Shown: positions 51,801-61,985 of the stretch, one piece after another
How the letters are laid out: each line of letters starts with the position of its first letter
How positions within the stretch are numbered: position 1 is the first letter of the stretch
Assembly (NCBI GenBank): GCA_002633005.1
Contig: NMRA01000085.1
Coordinates: forward strand, 612,619-676,618
Length of the DNA stretch: 64,000 bases
Direction: 5' to 3'
From: Phoronis australis
Lineage: Eukaryota; Animalia; Phoronida
Notes under the pieces: model-generated
What the model was told of the DNA's origin: nothing
The model's database searches: none
The model's input: the letters and a program-made list of their open reading frames with translations, nothing else
Translations under genes and position numbers: made by a program

Positions 51801-54800
51801 CTAATTGGAGTGTGGAAGAAAAAAATTGTCTTCATTTTCTGCTAGTGACTCCTGCGTCATAAGCAGTGACCCCGCCAACTTTTTAGGAAAGCTCCGACAA
51901 TCTTTTTTTCTATTGCCGCACAAAATTTTCAACGTGCGTCTTGTCAACTCAAACACACTGAACCCGTTTCCGTTGCTGGGTTTGAAATATTTTTAATGCG
52001 TCAGGCACGTTCGGTTTTAGGACCCCCGGCCGCCAGAGTCATTGAAAACGCATTTTGTGGATGTGTTGTCCGTGGAATCAATTCTTGAATTTATTAGCAT
52101 TGGCCTGAGTGAATGCTAAACAACAGAACCTGTTTTCACGGTGTTTTTGTGATTTTGTTAGCCCACAAATTGACAATTCACACCGGATAACAATAGTTAT
52201 TGGCTTGAAATGATCAAGGTCAGTGACTACTTGTTAAATACGATTAAAATACTCTGCCATTAACCTCTAATGGGCCCAGGTCCGCTAGCAAACTTTTGGA
52301 TCAGTAGCGTGAAAATTATAGTGTGGGGACCGGCGACAGCCCTGGCCTCCATATATCGGGTTGATCACTATGAATAAACTTTTGAATATTTTATGTTTCA
52401 TCTTTATTTTCTTGCTATTAGATCTTTTTTTTTTAATAAAGAGAGGGCATCCTATGAAAAATCGCCCCGGCCATCACCAAACCTCTGCATTCTATTCATG
52501 TTTGTAGGCCTACAGTACTGCTTTCGACAGTGACAGCTGAGGTCGAAGTCGATTCTGCCTGGGAGGGGCTGATCTCAGAACACCTGTTCTCGCAGACTAA
52601 TGTCAATCGCCTCGTTGCTCGTTGACATGAGTAAAACGCACCACCTTTGTAGATTTGGGGAGGGATTTTTAGAAAAAAATTAAATACTACATCCCCTCGA
52701 GTAAAATCATACCTGAGCCAACTATACTTTTGGTCTTGCACTGTATCATAATTGTGACTGGACATGGATTTTCTAAAGACTAGAATAATTTGTTGTACAT
52801 ATTCTGCTTTGCGAAATAACACATCCGTGATGAAATGCGCATGGCTCAAGTTAATGACCATGTTATTTTTTTCAGTTGTCAGAAAACTGAAGTTCGCTCA
52901 TGTCTTATAAATTGATGCCGCAGTGTTTTAAGATTGACTTTTTTCATATTAAAATGTGAGATCAGCTTGTCCTTTCTTATTTGACATTGGTCATAAAATC
53001 AGGCATAATGTCTTAGACGAATAATGAACACAATTTGCTGAATATGCCTATGTTAAGTTTATTACTAACGGAAATTTTCCGCAACGAGTATCCGGATGCA
53101 CGGGAAAGAGACTGCTGCTCTTGAGGGGAGAATTGTTGGCCTATTCTTGAGAAAGAATATTAGTGCATGAGAACGCCCGTGGAGGATTGCGGTGGAGCTT
53201 TCTTGGCATAGAAAAGGACGGCAAATGCAAATCCGCCTCCTGAAATATAGGGTTTTATGGTTTAACACTAGTTTATTGCCGGCGTGATAACCTGCGCCTT
53301 CTGTCAAAAGCCGATTAGGTGACGTACGTACTGTAATAAAATGAGTCCCGTCATTGTTGCTCATAAAGGCCGCGAGATTAGAAATTTCTACACCTGAGAT
53401 AGCTGACAGGCTCTTGGTATTAGTCTAGTTCCAAGTAGAGACTACAAGACGACTATGGTCTTTTCTGGCCCAAGATTGGTCACAAAAATGCCTTCGTTCA
53501 GTCTTTCTAACCACTAGTGCAAGGGTATTGTGAAGAGACGCAGTAACCTATAGCAACGAAGACTGACCCTCCCAACAAGGGTGCAGATTGGACTGTCATC
53601 GTAGCAATTGTCTTTCTTCTTTAATTTAATACTTTGATTTGTAACGACAATGCTTGTTTACGATCACTCTCCACGTAGCCTGCGCTCTGGTATTAGTTCG
53701 TACCGGTATAATAATGCGCCGCACTCATACAATACTCATCCTACAGACTGTATGTACACTTGTCTTCGTGTTGTACTATTTGTAGGATACTTATGATTAT
53801 TCATTATGTATAGAATGATTTGTTCTTGACACTAGCACGCAGTTTACAGACATTTTAAGAAAAGTGACACTTGGAGCCGTGACCATGACGGTAAAATGCC
53901 TTATTCTGTTTCATTCTTTGGACGAAATGCAGCCGCAAGGTTTAAAGTTGCTTACGTTGCTTTAACAGTGCTCACGTACCTTTATGGGAGTTTCTTGTAT
54001 TTTACAGGACCGCAAAAAGACTGGTTTCTAACACAACTTCGAAGCGATACTGAATTTCTGGTTGGACTTGGTGTGCTAGATTATAGCTTGTTAGTTGGAC
54101 GACAAGATCTTGTAGACGGCGATGTGGAGCAAAATTTTGGGGAAGTAGTTCTGAGGACTAAAAGGTAACGTTTTAACGGTACCTTGTTGTCGTTTTCTGA
54201 CTTGTGACATACCTTCCCAGATCCCATCGCACCCTACACTTTTCGCACAAGAGTCTCGTCTTCTCTGATTCAGATCACCGAGGATAGGCTTTCTATTTTT
54301 CATTTTCTGTTTCTTTCCAAGGACACCGTAAACACATCTGTACGGTATTGTTGAAAACGTGATCAAACTTACTTGGCGCATTAGAGAAACGTCACCGTTA
54401 TCAAACTTGAAAACAAAGGATAATTGATTTTTCCACAACCGCGGACTTTCATAGATTTCCATCATTTCAGTTCAAACACTTTTAATGCACTTTGCAAAAG
54501 TGGAAGGGACAGGGTGCCCTCCCGACCGTCACTCATGGTATTGTAAAAAAACGGCCACGGCATAGTGGTTTTAGGGCGTTTGTCGCCAGAACATCGAGGA
54601 TGGTCCCCTCGTGGTGCGTTCTTGGTCCGCCTTTTGCTTAGTCTACTTTCATTTTTGTGCGGCATTCTTGGAACTTTCGCAATCCATACAGCCACTCAAA
54701 TTATAGTTTACAGGATGCAGTGGATAAAATTGACAGTCACCAAAATGTCCCTCTGCAGTTTTGGATCATCTCACCAATTGTTACACACCCTTTCCCAGTC

Positions 54801-57800
54801 CTATGTGAGGTACTTAACCGTATAGGTGGCGCTGGGACAGCCGTTAAAGTCCTTCTTGCAAACTGCCCATGTGGTTCCAGTATCCGAAAATACTTACTAC
54901 ATAAATTCTTATTTTCGACACCCTTTCTTTATATTCTTTTCGCCTTTCTTGCCAAAAGCGATTTTTTAACAGTATTTGACCCTTCTCTCTGAGCGTATGA
55001 TTACCGGTTGTCATCGGTTATTTCCGTACCCACATTTCCGGCTCATCAGTTCAGGAACTTNNNNNNNNNNNNNNNNNNNNNNNNNNNNNNNNNNNNNNNN
55101 NNNNNNNNNNNNNNNNNNNNNNNNNNNNNNNNNNNNNNNNNNNNNNNNNNNNNNNNNNNNNNNNNNNNNNNNNNNNNNNNNNNNNNNNNNNNNNNNNNNN
55201 NNNNNNNNNNNNNNNNNNNNNNNNNNNNNNNNNNNNNNNNNNNNNNNNNNNNNNNNNNNNNNNNNNNNNNNNNNNNNNNNNNNNNNNNNNNNNNNNNNNN
55301 NNNNNNNNNNNNNNNNNNNNNNNNNNNNNNNNNNNNNNNNNNNNNNNNNNNNNNNNNNNNNNNNNNNNNNNNNNNNNNNNNNNNNNNNNNNNNNNNNNNN
55401 NNNNNNNNNNNNNNNNNNNNNNNNNNNNNNNNNNNNNNNNNNNNNNNNNNNNNNNNNNNNNNNNNNNNNNNNNNNNNNNNNNNNNNNNNNNNNNNNNNNN
55501 NNNNNNNNNNNNNNNNNNNNNNNNNNNNNNNNNNNNNTCCAGTCGCACTGACGGCGTTTTCTCGGCCTGGGTTCCTGAATGAATTGTACTTCCGGGTTCG
55601 CGGCAAGTTCAAAATGCCGGTGTTTCTTCGGGTGCGAATCGTGAGTGGCGCGTTCATTTAAACTGTTTTCGAGTACGGATCGTGTATTAATTATGGGGTA
55701 GGTACTTCTTGGATCCTTATAACATCTTTTAACCATGTAATAAGGGTTAACAACGCGTGAGAGAAGGACTTTAAGCACCGTGTAGAATAGTTAGCCGGCC
55801 ACTTACTTAGGGGCTCGCCAGATTTTTGATTCTCCGATGGATCAATGTTTAATGGATGGGCAAAGAATCTACTGAAAAAAATAAGTCAAGGATCTCCCCC
55901 AAACGTTCTTAATACGCCACGAAGTGATTTCTGGTCAATTCTATACTAAGAGAGTGTAAAAAATAGATTTATTTCAGTTCCTAAATGTACGCGCGCAGTT
56001 CAAATTTACCAATAGGCTTGCACAACATTGAAAAGTTGTGGACCTCCTCGCTTTCGGGAGTGAAATTTGAAGTCACCTTTGACCCGTGCCTTCAGTCTGA
56101 CTGAAGGCGCTTCCGGTAATCTGGGGTCGCATTTGACGACCTGGTGTGCGTTCAGTAACGTTGAGACCTACGCTAAGACCTACGCTTGGACCTACGCTAG
56201 GACCTACTCTAGGACCTACGCTAGGATCTACCTAAAATCTAGTCAAAGTCACGTGTTCTCATTTGAAATACACGGCAATATCTCACGTAATATCGCGAAG
56301 TCTTCCTCAGTTTTGAGCTAGGTCTTGGGGAGACAGGTGTTCACCATATCTGACGCTGCATGGGGCCTTCAGTTTATGCTCAAATCGGTGGACACCGGCT
56401 GCTGGCTTCGAATTGACAGGCAACTAGTTACTTCAGTAGTTATCGATGTGAGTTCCTCGAGGTCGATGATGAGACCTCGAGGAGGAGGACATCGCGGCAA
56501 AGTCCAAAAATCCTCTTTTTCTCGTGTCTGTGGCAGTAATCAGAAATTTTTGGCGTTTTTAACAACATGAAACTATTTTAAGAAGAGCCATTACGGGCGT
56601 GAATGGGAGAAAAGCTCTAGCTCAGAGTCGAACCTGGAACATCCACTTTTCGTAGTCTAACCTCTGCTGGCCGCGAAGCTAAATCTCGCTCGATGAATGG
56701 CAAACTACTTTAAGCGTTTTTAATTGGTAAAGCCATCGGCCTCGAATTCAGCGAATTTTTAGCACGCACCGGTCAGAATTGGAGATGTGTAATATGACTA
56801 CAAAAGCACCTCGGATTTTGTTGTTTTATAGCTCGAATCAAAGCTAATGACTTCAAATCGTTTATCTCGTCTAGCGTTATTCCAAACATGTGCTTTTCGG
56901 CGGTAAGACCATAAAGTCGTTTTAATCTTTGGATTGCAGTCATTATCGTCAGCAGAAAATGGAAATCTAACTAAAATAGTTTCAAGTTTTGTGTACTGTA
57001 GCAGTAGTCTTTTTACTTAAGTGTTGCTCGTTTAAAAGTGCAAATGTATTTCTTGGCGTATTTATTGTTAATACTATGACTTTGCTTTCGTTGTATTTTC
57101 ATAACATTCAATGTCATTGCAACCTGTTACTAAATATTATTAGCTTGAACATTTATCGATTTTTACATCAGTCTATACATGTTTTCGCCTTCTGGCCTGA
57201 ATGTGTACAATTGTAATTGCGTGGTCTCGAATTCAAATAAACATTTTAAAAAATAAAAAGTGTACTTATCCATATGTGGGGTACAGGAGTGTTGAAAAGT
57301 CAGGTGCATATGTTGGACGTCTGATCAAAAGGCACCATACTTAACAAATCTTGATGATTTGAACAGCATCACTGATTTTTACATTATCTGAGCAGCGGCC
57401 GTGCTTTGCGACAATAACTGTAGCGTAACCGACCATGTGATACTATGTCATTTGTTGTTTCAGATCGCTGGGAGGCGCCAGTGCCAAGCCCAAACACGAG
57501 ATGACACTACCCCCAGTGTCCGACGACGTGACGTCACCATCGGAACATCTGGGTGACAACCCGAGTAGCGCGAACGAACAAAACATGTCAGAAAGTGCAC
57601 AGTCTGATGTTAACGATAATCACGAAATGTCAATGTCTTTCATTGTTGTCGATAACGTGTGCGACAGCCAGAACAGGAGGCTTCTACCAAGGTCTAAGAA
57701 CCCTTTACACGTCATTGACGGGCTGCACGAGCGCTATTACGTGGGCATTATCGATTTTTTCACCCTGTTCGAGTGTCGCCAAGCCGTTGGCAAGGTGCTG

Positions 57801-57896
57801 AAAACCATCAAATATTTCAACAGCAATCATAGCACCCAGACACCTGTCAAGTATGGCGAGAGATTTCTGAATTTCTTTACGGAGCACACTTCATGA
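15824..57896 (+). CDS. PIP5KL1: Phosphatidylinositol-4-phosphate 5-kinase-like protein 1 (about 448 aa); join(15824-15853,16612-16788,18066-18131,20207-20364,22462-22530,23237-23327,26038-26133,33139-33208,54008-54164,57464-57896)
   Basis: All introns are GT-AG and phase-consistent (1347 nt = 449 codons). PIPK motifs appear in order: SNSKSSADFFLS, YFLKT, NPHSLIVKIIG, VMQSIF, RYDLKGC, VLKDENF, LDYSLL, NRRLLP..NPLHVIDG..RYYVGIIDFFT, YGERFLNF. DLKGC and NRRLLP are characteristic of the PIP5KL1 subfamily. Confidence 0.92.
16612..16788 (+). CDS. PIP5KL1: PIP5KL1 exon
   Basis: ttgtag|GAG GAG ... CAT|gtaagt; MWTRLKRKWKYYGVVEIGSCHRRYELLNCIRKGL resembles the PIP5KL1 N-terminus. Confidence 0.88.
16900..17143. 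mobile_element. MITE (PIF/Harbinger-like termini)
   Basis: TGGAGCCCGTTCCAACAAAACTGACTT ... AAGTCAGTTTCTTGGAACAGGCCCCA imperfect TIR; interior rich in CTTAAG. Confidence 0.6.
18066..18131 (+). CDS. PIP5KL1: PIP5KL1 exon
   Basis: tttttcag|GAT ... AAG|gtgaga; 22 codons DSLFDVDTAAEDEVVLESSSGK, phase 0-0. Confidence 0.78.
20207..20364 (+). CDS. PIP5KL1: PIP5KL1 exon
   Basis: tttcag|AAA TTC ... TC|gtaagt; KFTFTSHASSIFASLRHAVGISEKEYQDTLAPNGLPYMQYLSNSKSSADFFLS. Confidence 0.93.
21749..21799 (+). repeat. 16-bp tandem repeat, 3 copies
   Basis: atattaattaggtcac, three copies. Confidence 0.92.
22462..22530 (+). CDS. PIP5KL1: PIP5KL1 exon with catalytic Lys (YFLKT)
   Basis: tttcag|A AAT GAC ... AG|gtaatc, phase 2-2. 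Confidence 0.92.
23237..23327 (+). CDS. PIP5KL1: PIP5KL1 exon
   Basis: tttcag|G GAC ... ACG|gtaagc; DYLRHFIANPHSLIVKIIGLYSVKMAGEKT. Confidence 0.93.
24538..24664 (+). repeat. 25-bp minisatellite, 5 copies
   Basis: caacgcaatgtgatacagtgtagag, five copies with no spacers. Confidence 0.95.
26038..26133 (+). CDS. PIP5KL1: PIP5KL1 exon (YDLKG motif)
   Basis: ttgcag|CTC ... AAG|gtacgt; LHFFVMQSIFFPDNRIKQRYDLKGCLVGRYQK. Confidence 0.93.
27033..27411. mobile_element. MITE with imperfect TIRs of about 75 bp
   Basis: aatcacttactg...gtctggtgagtcaga vs tctgactcaccagac...cagtaagtgatt. Confidence 0.7.
28001..28067 (-). mobile_element. tRNA-derived SINE head
   Basis: Minus strand GCTCAGTGGCTAGAGCA ... 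GGGTTCGAGTCCC; acceptor stem not intact. Confidence 0.6.
30916..31048. mobile_element. Tc1/mariner-type MITE
   Basis: TIR CAGGGTGTCC.AAAAAT / ATTTTTCGGACACCCTG, preceded by TA. Confidence 0.75.
33139..33208 (+). CDS. PIP5KL1: PIP5KL1 exon (LKDxNF motif)
   Basis: ttcactag|CCA ... TTG G|gtaagt; PPKENQSFAVLKDENFKTEMIHLG. Too short to appear in the ORF track. Confidence 0.9.
33452..33663. mobile_element. hAT-like MITE family with an AGATCCGCCyCTG end; related copies at about 565-734 and 35260-35393
   Basis: Shared terminus AGATCCGCC(C/T)CTG and shared internal ttgcgc..aacc..gcatagcac segment, which is inverted in the 565-734 copy. Confidence 0.55.
35733..37308 (+). mobile_element. Helentron-associated (HINE/DINE-1-like) non-autonomous element with 3+ internal tandem units of about 385-435 bp
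   Basis: 5' TTTTATGCGCCCAC followed by a palindrome and a TCCGTCCG tract. 3' GTGGGCGGAT sub-terminal inverted copy, short hairpin and TTGCTCTTGTT end. Units restart at about 35866, 36301, 36697 and 37105. Confidence 0.7.
39568..39678. mobile_element. pogo/Tigger-type MITE
   Basis: TA|CAGTAAAACTCGCATAA ... TTATGCGAGTTTTTCTG terminal inverted repeats. Confidence 0.7.
39947..40243 (+). repeat. Degenerate 63-bp minisatellite (about 5 units)
   Basis: Recurring tggtcac.ac...gtcttaatcagtg...gat.a.acgtgactc; produces the repetitive ORF 39936-40307. Confidence 0.85.
40903..41000 (-). CDS. PFN: Profilin coding exon 3
   Basis: ttcacag|CT GTG GTC; AVVIGHTAEGCQQGNVNKGVGVIADYLESLGM*. Confidence 0.95.
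40903..42472 (-). CDS. PFN: Profilin (139 aa), nested antisense in a PIP5KL1 intron; complement(join(40903-41000,41577-41769,42344-42472))
   Basis: MSWDSYIDNL...KACIIGLDG...W...SGIHCESVKYQYLR...AVVIG...VADYL-type profilin signatures, very like echinoderm profilins. GT-AG introns, phases 0 and 1, TAA stop. Confidence 0.96.
41577..41769 (-). CDS. PFN: Profilin coding exon 2
   Basis: tttcag|GCT CTA AAA ... TCT G|gtgagt; ALKLSATEASNIAKAFKSKDF...ASKS. Confidence 0.95.
42344..42472 (-). CDS. PFN: Profilin coding exon 1
   Basis: Acceptor tttgcag with exon boundary at 42487, ATG at 42472, MSWDSYIDNLIAQTKDASGTAHCDKACIIGLDGSQWTTAGHAN|gtgagt. Confidence 0.95.
47392..47594. repeat. Palindrome with arms of about 90 bp containing a Penelope-type minimal hammerhead motif
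   Basis: aaggtacaagaaccagcatg / catgctggttcttgtacctt perfect core, continuing imperfectly to catttaata / tattaaatg. Confidence 0.75.
50923..50980 (-). promoter_or_regulatory. Putative profilin core promoter and short non-coding first exon
   Basis: Minus-strand TATAAAA at 50980-50974. About 30 nt downstream is a GCCATCTT (YY1/Inr-like) motif, then a strong TG|GTGAGT donor at 50922. CCAAT near 51188. The profilin ATG exon starts with an acceptor, so an upstream exon is required. Confidence 0.6.
54008..54164 (+). CDS. PIP5KL1: PIP5KL1 exon (DYSLL motif)
   Basis: tttacag|GA CCG ... AG|gtaacg; GPQKDWFLTQLRSDTEFLVGLGVLDYSLLVGRQ. Confidence 0.93.
55061..55537. other. Assembly gap
   Basis: Run of N. 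Confidence 0.99.
56165..56234 (+). repeat. 12-bp minisatellite (about 6 units)
   Basis: gacctacgctag variants. Confidence 0.9.
57464..57896 (+). CDS. PIP5KL1: PIP5KL1 terminal coding exon (GIID motif)
   Basis: tttcag|A TCG CTG; contains ORF 57501-57896 with NRRLLPRSKNPLHVIDGLHERYYVGIIDFFT, ends in TGA. AATAAA at 58859 and 60102. Confidence 0.93.
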
Positions 57897-60509
57897 TACT
57901 AGTGCCAGTTGAAATCGAGGCTGTGCTGATAGATGGAAAGAGGGTCGTTTTGATGGGGCAGCCATTAATTGGCCATAATTAAAAAAAATGATAGCGGGGG
58001 TCATGATAGAGCCATCGCCAGTTGACAACCGCACCAATCATTTACTCGTTCTTTGAGTCGTGCTACAACGAAGAGCATGCGGTCCAAATGCGTTTTTTAC
58101 AATAATTTATTTTTGGTGAAGTGCTTCAGACGTTAAAGCTGTGCCTGAGCCTCACTTGGCACATATCTAGACAGACGCATGCCCTTTGACCTCAACATAG
58201 GCACGCGCTTTGACTTCGACGTAGTTTTACATCTTGCGACTGAACCGAACTTGATTTTTCAGTAATTAAAGTGCTTTCAACTCGGCCTTTCATCACTAAA
58301 ACCAACGTTTGATTTAGGCCACGCTTATCCCAGTGAGATTGGTCTAGGCCACACCTACCCCAGTGAGACTGATCTCAAATTGTTCCTCAGTCAATTTGGA
58401 AATGATTTCACGGCCTCGAAATAACTGACAGTTCGTTTTCACTTGGGGTCAAACTCTTCAGATTGGCATGTCACTGCGCATGTCATTTTTATGCATCGAG
58501 CAAGGAATAATGAACCGTGAATTCTTTACAAACCCAGATATCATTTCTCGTCTGAGTTAGGATCAAGTTGTGACCAACTTTAAAGCGGTAAGAGGTCTAA
58601 ACGGAAATTCGATTCTTGGATTGAATGCAGGTTCATAACCGCTTTAAACGTTCGACTTTGGTTGATAAGTTATTGTGTAAGTTATCACTGGAGATTAGAT
58701 TTGTTGTTATTTGACCCAGGTGATTGTTTGTCAATGTAGGCAGTACAATAGTGTTTCTCCAGTTGATATTAAAATCATCGTTTAAACTATGCCGACTACT
58801 CGTAGGCCTACGGCAACTCCCGGTTTTAGCTTTGACGTTCTTAAAGTTACTAGAAAGGAATAAATTATTACGGAGTTTGGTTTAGGTGCATGCGCATAAA
58901 TCTAATACAAACCCGATAAAAATAGCTTTTGTTTTACACCATGTGCCATTGGTATCGAAATGTGCCTTACCCAAATCAGAGGTGATTTCTGGGCACGGAA
59001 CAAACTGACAATTCGTTAGTGCTTGAGATATGACTGAACAAGTTGGGTTGTTACTGGCGTCATTTTGTGCGCCGAGCATGCCGGTCAAAGCTATAACGAA
59101 CTGTCGAAGCCAAGAAAGTCCTTCAAATTTGACCAAAGGATCAAGTTGAGACCAATTTTATAGTGATGAGTGGACTAAACCAAAAGCTCCGTGACCGAAC
59201 GCGGGTTTTTGACTGCAGCTTTAAGTTCAAGTTTGACCTGGCGCATGTTCACGCGTGGGCGCAAGTGCCTAAATCGCCAGGCGTAGGAGTGTTAGCATTA
59301 TTGAGAGGCACAGACACTATACGGCTCTTTTGGTCCCACTACTTTCGCATCCCAAACGGTCGTTGTGCAACATGCTTTAAAAATAGGCAATTATTGGTGT
59401 GCCACATCCCTCTGTAGCCCCAGACCCTATCAAAATTATTGGGACGCTAATGTTCCAGCCCCGGCTTCTCACGACTTTACAAGATTATAGTGATCAGCTG
59501 TTTATATTGATATGAATGTAGGATTGTATCTGTGTTTACATTAATTTGGATATTTATACATTTTGCAATGTGATATGGCATTCAAGAAGAATTAGATTTT
59601 TGTTATTTTATTTAATGCAAGGGGAATGCAATGTTACCTCTGTCTCAGTCACCAAGCTGCATTTTGCACCGGGGACCACGTACATGTATGGCAAAACTGT
59701 GATAATTTTCTTGTGTACTTCAATTACATGTTAAATAGGACGTGATATTCTTTGTAACTGTCTGTAGTGTTATGATAAGCGCATTATTTGCACACATTAA
59801 CATATTGCAATATATGTAATTACTATACAAATTTTCGCTGAGCGTTTTAGCAGCTGTATTTTTCCTTAATGACATTCCTGTATAGCTTTTCAGTTTTAAG
59901 TGTTATTTGAAGACCTTTGTATACTGTCTACGCTGAACTTTGACCTAGGTATTTGGACAGTATTGGTTTCGCCTTGAAAGTTTTCTGTGTTGGCGAGTGC
60001 TATTCATCCTATTGCGGTCGATAAAATTTAAAGCAAAGAAAGAATCGAAATGCATACGTCATTATAGCTCTTTAAGTTTCGGGTGAATGATGTATCGGGT
60101 TAATAAAAAATCTTTCGCAGTAACTCAGGTATATTTTCTCCTAACGTCATTTATAGTCGTGGTTTCCTCTTCAGGACTTTATACATCCGCAACTTGAACA
60201 AAGTTGCTTGAATTTATCTAAAACAGCACTTCAACCGTTGATCGCGTGAATGCGGTTTTCTTTTGTTTTTATTTTGTTCGCTAGAATTTACATGGCCAGT
60301 GACTCTGACTTCTCGGCTTTTGAAACTCGTTACCGTCTTACTTGCTAGTTCTCTTCATCAGGCACGTATTTTTTTGTTCATGGAAGATGTTTTACAACAC
60401 AATACTGTCAGTGGTAATAGTCTCCCCCCAAAATACAATGCCTGAGTTATCAGGTTATGAGATTTTAGAGGGGGTTGACTATTTGTATATTTTACCGACT
60501 GACCGAAAT

Positions 60510-61403
60510 AATTCGAATTTTTGAGACGGCGAGGAATTCAATTAGTTAATTAGTCTGCGACTGGAAGCATTACTAGATTTTCGAAAACTAACTTTAGGTT
60601 TACGCTTAAAATTAGTTAAAAGTCAAGGTATTTGTAGAAAACGCGTGAGGAATGCAACCCCACCAAGCTGTCTAGACGAGTACGTTCGGCATTTCTGGAA
60701 ATGTTCAACTTATTTCGAACGGCAGCCCAGCGTTCGATTTTGTTCGAAAGGCTTGTTCCAAAGAGGTCATCACTCAAATCTGTTTCGGCGCTTCGCCATT
60801 TTCCTCACATTCCACTCGGGAGACAAGTCGTTGGTTTTTTTCGCGCCGGCTTTGATCAGTACTGCACAACTGGGCCTGTGTCGATCATTTTCATGGCACC
60901 TACGCGTAGCAACGAAACAGCATATGAGGTGGCCAAATCGATTAACTGGAACTCTNTAATTCGAATTTTTGAGACGTTGAGGAATTCAATTGGTTAATTA
61001 GTCTACGACTGGAAGCATTACTAGATTTTCGAAAACTAATTTTAGGTTTACGCTTAAAATTAGTTAAAAGTCAAGGTATTCGTAGAAAACGCGTGAGGAA
61101 TGCAACCCCACCAAGCTGTCTAGACGAGTACGTTCGGCATTTCTGGAAATGTTCAACTTATTTCGAACGGCAGCCCAGCGTTCGATTTTGTTCGAAAGGC
61201 TTGTTCCAAAGAGGTCATCACTCAAATCTGTTTCGGCGCTTCGCCATTTTCCTCACATTCCACTCGGGAGACAAGTCGTTGGTTTTTTTCGCGCCGGCTT
61301 TGATCAGTACTACACAACTGGGCCTGCGTCGACCATTTTCATGGCACCTACGTGTAGCAACGAAACAGCATATGAGGTGGCCAAATCGATTAACTGGAAC
61401 TCT
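60510..61403 (+). repeat. 448-bp near-identical tandem duplication joined at a single N
   Basis: 60510-60955 vs 60958-61403 differ only by scattered substitutions; N at 60956. Confidence 0.92.
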
Positions 61404-61581
61404 TTGTTAGAAGTTGGTGATTTTTAATACTTCATTAACAAAACAGGTTTTACGGTTTTACAGTTTTATTGAAAGCTAATAATAACTTCAAGAAGTCGAT
61501 CCTACCCAGAAATAACCCCCAAAATGTGTTGTTTTTTCAACCGCAAAACCGATTGTGTCCGGGAAAGTTTCTGAGTACTTC

Positions 61582-61985
61582 GAATAGGATTGTCCCGGAT
61601 TACACAGCGACATTCGAATCTCGCTATATTTACCCACAATGCTGTAAACATCCGTTAGACACATTTGCAGCCTCGTTTTCATGCCAGGAGTGGAGTTTCA
61701 CATGTTATTTGTTGTCATTTCTTCACAATTTTTCTCGTTTGCATTACTTTGATTCGTCGATCCCGGCCTTCCAATGCCAACGAAGTGCTACTGCTGTGAC
61801 GTGGACTGCAACTCCGACGTGAGAAAGTTTGATAAACTGGACAAATACCCGTGGATGCGTGATTTGAAGTACTTCGCCTTCCTGACATCAATGACTGACA
61901 CGAAAATGTCACGTGGCTGATTTCCAAACGAGTCTCCGGGACTAAGGAGAGTTCTATCGCCGTGTAATCCGGGACGGCCCTATTC
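61582..61985. mobile_element. MITE with TIR of about 30 bp
   Basis: GAATAGGATTGTCCCGGATTACACAGCGA vs TCGCCGTGTAATCCGGGACGGCCCTATTC. Confidence 0.7.

Noticed and set aside
60510-61403. Duplicated 104/105-aa and 98/92-aa ORFs suggesting a tandem gene pair
   Set aside because: A 448-bp duplication joined at a single N with only scattered SNPs, typical of two alleles or overlapping contig ends. The ORFs have no recognisable domain.
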